Below, one piece after another: positions 59,520 to 64,000 of a stretch of DNA of 64,000 nucleotides. Each line of letters opens with the position of its first letter. The first letter of the stretch is position 1. The position numbers and the translations under genes were made by a program. The notes under the pieces were generated by a model, which saw only the letters and a list, made by a program, of their open reading frames with translations, was not told where the DNA came from and did no database searches. The stretch is from Nitrosopumilus sp. GTDB lineage: Archaea > Thermoproteota > Nitrososphaeria > Nitrososphaerales > Nitrosopumilaceae. The stretch is taken from contig OZ244650.1 in the NCBI GenBank assembly GCA_965218785.1, positions 192,001-256,000 of the forward strand, read 5' to 3'.

Positions 59520-62500
59520 ATGAATAACAAATTAGGACGAAAAATAACTAGTCTTACACTAATGACAATCATGGTTGCCGGTGGTCTGACATTTGCAATA
59601 CCTGGCATTACGCCAGATGCATATGCTGCCAACGCCAACCTGTTTGTCTCCGCAGAAAGCACAACGTTCAATGATCACATAGCAGGACCGCAAGTAATTG
59701 AGGTCGTCATTACAGATTCTGACATCAACGACACTGATCAAGCAAAAGGTGAGCCTATTGTTTCTGTCAATGGTGCGAAACTTAGAATGGTTCAAGGCAC
59801 TGACGGTAGCTGGTATGCTTACTTTGCAGATCAGATGCAAGCCAGAATCGCAGACAGTACTTCACTATTCGTTGTATCATCTAGTCCTGTTGGATTAGAC
59901 TTTGGTACTATATGTAGTGCTGAATCAGGACCTGTCATGCTTGGTATCGACACTAGTGAAACTCGTGGCATTGCAGTTCCAGTTCAAAGATCTGGTACTG
60001 GTGGCAATCCAGTTGCTACAACAGAAGGTAACCTTGCAACGTGTACTGGTATTGCTGGTACCGATATCGACGGAATAAACGTCGTTAGAGAATCTACAGC
60101 GCCAAACAGTCAAACTGGTATTCCAGTTGGTCAAATAGGCCTTGGTTCTGATGGTGCTTCTGGTGTACCTGGTCAATACTGGCCCTTCGTACAACTCTAT
60201 GACTTCTCTAGTGGCGGTGAGGTAGTAATACTTTACAATAAAGCCGGTGGTACTCAAAGTACCACACTAACCTTTGATGATGTTGATGAATTTGCCAGCG
60301 TAACTTTGGACAGATCTCAATATCCACAAAACGCTGAAGTACATGCCACAATTACCGATACATGGTTAAACATGGATCCCACTGACGAAGATTCTTGGAC
60401 ATTTGGTGCAAACGCTGGTGACTCTACCAGTGTTGGAATTTACTACCAAGTCTTTGATGAAAACGGTGCACAACCTGGGAGTGATAAGCCAATAAATAAC
60501 GGCAACTACGGTGTAATTAACATTGCATCCGTAACTGGCGATCTAATGTGTGATGATAACTGTAAACTCTTCATTGATGTAAATCCAAACAGTGCAGAGT
60601 TCCCAGTTCTTACACTTCAGGACAACAATGATAGTGCTATTTCATTAACTGGTGGCAATCCAGGTTTGATTGCTGCCAATAATGCAACAGCATTTTCAGT
60701 TGATGGTATAGGTGGTCAACAAAACCTAGGTCCAGGTTCATATCCTGTCACAATAACTGAGACAGAAGAATCTACAGGAGTATTTACCACATCTGACGAA
60801 TCCGATGTATCAGTATTGAAAATTACTAGCAATGCAGTTAGAGATACATCTGCTATCATTGATTACAACGAATCTCCGGTCAGCATACTTGTTGGATTTT
60901 CCACTGGAAGTGTTGTCATTACACCGGCCGATGATGTATGGAACTCTGGTGAAGAGATTTCAGTAAACATTATCGACGATGATGCCAACAAGAACAGCAA
61001 AATAGACGAAGCACTGTCTTTGGCTGATGAAAACATACAGGTAATCCCAGCATTATCAACAGGTAATCCATTTACCCTAGGTGACGCTGGTCCACTCTTT
61101 CAAGCAGTGTACAGTACCGAACTCCTATTACTTGGTCCAACAAATGTAACAAGTATAGTAGGACAGACAGGTGGTATTCTCGTTAATAGTACAGCAGCTG
61201 GTGTAACAGGTGGCGACTCTTTTAGAGCCGACAATATTCCTGTTGACCAGTATAGTGACCGTGGTATTATTCATATTACTAATACTACTGGTACCACTTT
61301 GGATGCTACTGAACTGTTAATTGACTTGGATGCTACCATGGGTGACTTACGAGGCACTTTCCTAGATACTAGAGAATCTGCTGCTAATACACTTTATGGT
61401 GCAAACCTCTTCAACTTTGATCTCAGAAGTGTTACTGATGCTAATACCGTTGACGTTTATCTCGTTAACAGTACAGCTCAAATCATTAATGGGACTGGAT
61501 TCATACCTGATAGTAATGTAATCACTACTGTTGTATTGATAGCAAATGATGCCAGCGTACAATCTCTGACCTCTTTGGAGGTTGATGGATTGCATGATGC
61601 ATTAGGCGAGGCTTCAATACCCGATGCAAATCAGATTGGTTTGTTGTTTAACTACAACACAACTGCTACTGAGGTTGCATTCGCTGATAGGAATCCAATT
61701 GTAGCTGACTTTATTTCATTTGGTTTCACCGATGATGGTCAACAAGCATCTGAAAGGGTGTCAAACCAAATCATCAGAATTGAAGGTGAAGAATCACTTG
61801 ATAACTCGGCTATATTTGAAGGTACACTAGAGTTTACCATGGTCAATCAACTAAACATCAACGATCCAGATACCTATACCGGTCTTTCAACAAGTGGATT
61901 TGATCCTACATTCATTGTAATTGAGGATCTCACTGATGAAGACGCACCTAGAGTGAATTACTTAGACACAGATTCCGATGGTGTAGTAAGTGTAGTATCT
62001 GATCAACAAGAAGCTCCAAGCTTTACCGGTGTTGTCTCACTAGATCAAGAGTCATACAAGATAGCTGATACTGTATTAGTTACTCTACTAGACCCAGATC
62101 TTAACGTCGACTCTGATATTATCGATATCTATACTGTTGTTAGACCCGTAGAAGGGGCTGATGGAAGCAATTCTAACATTGCAGCATTTGATGATGACGA
62201 TATTGATCAAGTCGGTTCTAACGTTGACAGCACTCTAGAGGCCTTTTCATTTGGTTCTCTAGGTAGATTGGCAGATATCACATTTGACGATGAAAGATGG
62301 CAGAACAACTGTGCCATTGATGGTGTTGATGACGGTCTTGCCGCTTCCGGATTTTCATTACGTGAAACTGGTCCGGCAACAGGCGAATTCACTGGTACCT
62401 TCCAAATTCCATCACAATGGTGTAGAGATGGTTCAACTGAAATTGAATCAGTTACCGGACTCGACATCGAAGTCAACTATGTTGACTATAGAGATGCATC

Positions 62501-64000
62501 CGGTGAAATCACTGAAACAGGTGACTCTGCAGGAGTTCGGGCAAGCACAGGTTCAGTTAGCCTTGATAGATCCGTCTATCCAGTACCATTCGGTGTTGCA
62601 GATGACTTCGTAGATAACGACTCTGAAGCTCTAGATAACAGATCATTATTCCCAATCCACTTTAGTAGCGTATTTGGTGGTGCAAATGGTTTTGATGATG
62701 CTGAACACCTTAGCAACGGTGATCTAACTGTTCACATTAGAGTAAACGACCCAGACTTTGACGTCAGCCCATCTGGTGAAGATGTACTTGGACAAAATAC
62801 TGCAGCTGACGACGTAGGCCCTGTCAAGATCTCTGTTATCAGAGGTTCTGATGTGGTCGTACTCGGTTATGCCGGTGGTAGCGATAGCAACAACAACAGA
62901 ATTGATGTTGATGATGATGACGCTACCGATGCCAGACAATTTGGTCCAATGACCGAAATTGCCCGGGATGAAGGTATTTTTGAATTGGATCTTCCAATCA
63001 AATTTACTGACGGTCCAGCAGATACCACATGTCCATCAGCAGATGCTATGTATACAATACCTGGTGGAGATCAAAGAAGTGCAGATGAAACAGTCAGATT
63101 TGATGCTGCCAGCGAAGGCGGTGAGAATTACTGTATCTTACAAGGAGACATTCTCCAAGTAGAATACACGGATCCTGCCGATGCTTCTGGTAACGTAAAT
63201 ACTGTTACTGATTCTGCAACCTTTGACCTGAGAAACGGCGTACTGCAAACTGACAAAACCGTATACATTATCGGTTCCGATATGATTCTAACCCTCATTG
63301 AGCCAGACTTTGATCTTGACAATGACGGTGCAGAGACATATGACTTGGACTTGATTGAATGGGATTCTGATGCCGCAACTACTACCCTTGGTAACTCTGG
63401 TGGTTATGCTGCAGATTTCGACCCAGAACCAACAGCGTTTAGAGAGACAGGTGATAGCACTGGTATCTTCCAGGCTACCATCGAAATCCCTAAAGAACTA
63501 GGTGAGAGCCTTGAAAGAGGTGAAGAAATCATCTTAGAATACACTGATTGGGGTCCATCCGGATCTGATTATGTAGGTGATGAAGATGAAGACATAAACG
63601 TTACAGTTTATACTTCAAACTTCGGTGCAACTGTTGAACTTGACCAAAAAGTCTACACATGGACTGACAAAGTCTACATTACCATAGTCGCTCCAGATCA
63701 CAACTTTGACAGTGATCTAGTTGACGAAATCGGTAACGGGGATGATGATGACCCAATAAAGGTCTCAACCCGTGACAACGATCTTGACAACTATACACTC
63801 GTTGAAACTGGAACCGACACCGGCATCTTCACAGGTGAGGTAATCCTTACAGGATTTACTAACCATGATGCAGATGGCGATGGTGATGATGGCGATGCGT
63901 CAGGACTCTCTTCCGGTGATGATGGCGGTCCAACTGATGGACTGCTACGAGCTGAAGATGATGACGGACTCACAGTCTCCTTTGAATTCTCAGAGAATGA
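59520..64000 (+). CDS. S-layer (main surface) glycoprotein, Nitrosopumilus type; 3' end beyond the window
   Basis: MNNKLGRKITSLTLMTIMVAGGLTFAIP signal peptide, NANLFVSAES, GPQVIEV, repeated ETGxxTGxF and DPDxN motifs, very acidic; start and window end are in the same frame. Confidence 0.92.
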   Translation, partial: MNNKLGRKITSLTLMTIMVAGGLTFAIPGITPDAYAANANLFVSAESTTFNDHIAGPQVIEVVITDSDINDTDQAKGEPIVSVNGAKLRMVQGTDGSWYAYFADQMQARIADSTSLFVVSSSPVGLDFGTICSAESGPVMLGIDTSETRGIAVPVQRSGTGGNPVATTEGNLATCTGIAGTDIDGINVVRESTAPNSQTGIPVGQIGLGSDGASGVPGQYWPFVQLYDFSSGGEVVILYNKAGGTQSTTLTFDDVDEFASVTLDRSQYPQNAEVHATITDTWLNMDPTDEDSWTFGANAGDSTSVGIYYQVFDENGAQPGSDKPINNGNYGVINIASVTGDLMCDDNCKLFIDVNPNSAEFPVLTLQDNNDSAISLTGGNPGLIAANNATAFSVDGIGGQQNLGPGSYPVTITETEESTGVFTTSDESDVSVLKITSNAVRDTSAIIDYNESPVSILVGFSTGSVVITPADDVWNSGEEISVNIIDDDANKNSKIDEALSLADENIQVIPALSTGNPFTLGDAGPLFQAVYSTELLLLGPTNVTSIVGQTGGILVNSTAAGVTGGDSFRADNIPVDQYSDRGIIHITNTTGTTLDATELLIDLDATMGDLRGTFLDTRESAANTLYGANLFNFDLRSVTDANTVDVYLVNSTAQIINGTGFIPDSNVITTVVLIANDASVQSLTSLEVDGLHDALGEASIPDANQIGLLFNYNTTATEVAFADRNPIVADFISFGFTDDGQQASERVSNQIIRIEGEESLDNSAIFEGTLEFTMVNQLNINDPDTYTGLSTSGFDPTFIVIEDLTDEDAPRVNYLDTDSDGVVSVVSDQQEAPSFTGVVSLDQESYKIADTVLVTLLDPDLNVDSDIIDIYTVVRPVEGADGSNSNIAAFDDDDIDQVGSNVDSTLEAFSFGSLGRLADITFDDERWQNNCAIDGVDDGLAASGFSLRETGPATGEFTGTFQIPSQWCRDGSTEIESVTGLDIEVNYVDYRDASGEITETGDSAGVRASTGSVSLDRSVYPVPFGVADDFVDNDSEALDNRSLFPIHFSSVFGGANGFDDAEHLSNGDLTVHIRVNDPDFDVSPSGEDVLGQNTAADDVGPVKISVIRGSDVVVLGYAGGSDSNNNRIDVDDDDATDARQFGPMTEIARDEGIFELDLPIKFTDGPADTTCPSADAMYTIPGGDQRSADETVRFDAASEGGENYCILQGDILQVEYTDPADASGNVNTVTDSATFDLRNGVLQTDKTVYIIGSDMILTLIEPDFDLDNDGAETYDLDLIEWDSDAATTTLGNSGGYAADFDPEPTAFRETGDSTGIFQATIEIPKELGESLERGEEIILEYTDWGPSGSDYVGDEDEDINVTVYTSNFGATVELDQKVYTWTDKVYITIVAPDHNFDSDLVDEIGNGDDDDPIKVSTRDNDLDNYTLVETGTDTGIFTGEVILTGFTNHDADGDGDDGDASGLSSGDDGGPTDGLLRAEDDDGLTVSFEFSEN

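Noticed and set aside
59559-63973. Short ORFs listed in the track over the last 4.5 kb
   Set aside because: Antisense or off-frame shadows of the long S-layer frame starting at 59520
1-64000. CRISPR array, cas operon, rRNA or integrase
   Set aside because: No regularly spaced repeats or recognisable motifs seen; the only Cas-like hint is a short Cas2-like N-terminus at 40518

Overview
Archaeal DNA, most likely from an ammonia-oxidising Nitrosopumilaceae (Nitrososphaerota). This is inferred from the Nitrosopumilus-type S-layer gene, the thaumarchaeal his operon with an internal HAD gene, the thrC-like + SAMP/E1 fusion, and frequent TTG starts. Four zones. (1) 1-36 kb: very AT-rich surface-glycan island with GT4/GT2/GT-C transferases, a flippase, a nonulosonic-acid module (NeuA/B/C plus three Gfo/Idh/MocA and one SDR enzymes) and a six-gene CDP-sugar module (rfbF, rfbG, C-methyltransferase, epimerase, CmcI-type methyltransferase, reductase), interspersed with pseudogenes and IS scars. 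(2) 36-38.5 kb: core genes (mtnA, DUF59-PqqD, SDR). (3) 38.6-44.7 kb: accessory island with a YhaM-like HD nuclease, a 25-bp direct repeat, unannotated microproteins, and a HEPN-like / HhH DNA glycosylase / DUF6884-like trio bracketed by IS110 relics, the best candidate for an undescribed defence system. (4) 44.7-64 kb: tRNA-Arg(TCG), his operon, a DUF5678/aspartic-protease cassette, frameshifted thrC-like gene, SAMP-E1 fusion and the 5' 4.5 kb of the S-layer gene, which the ORF track missed. No CRISPR array or rRNA was seen. All family assignments come from motif recognition by eye; no database search was run.
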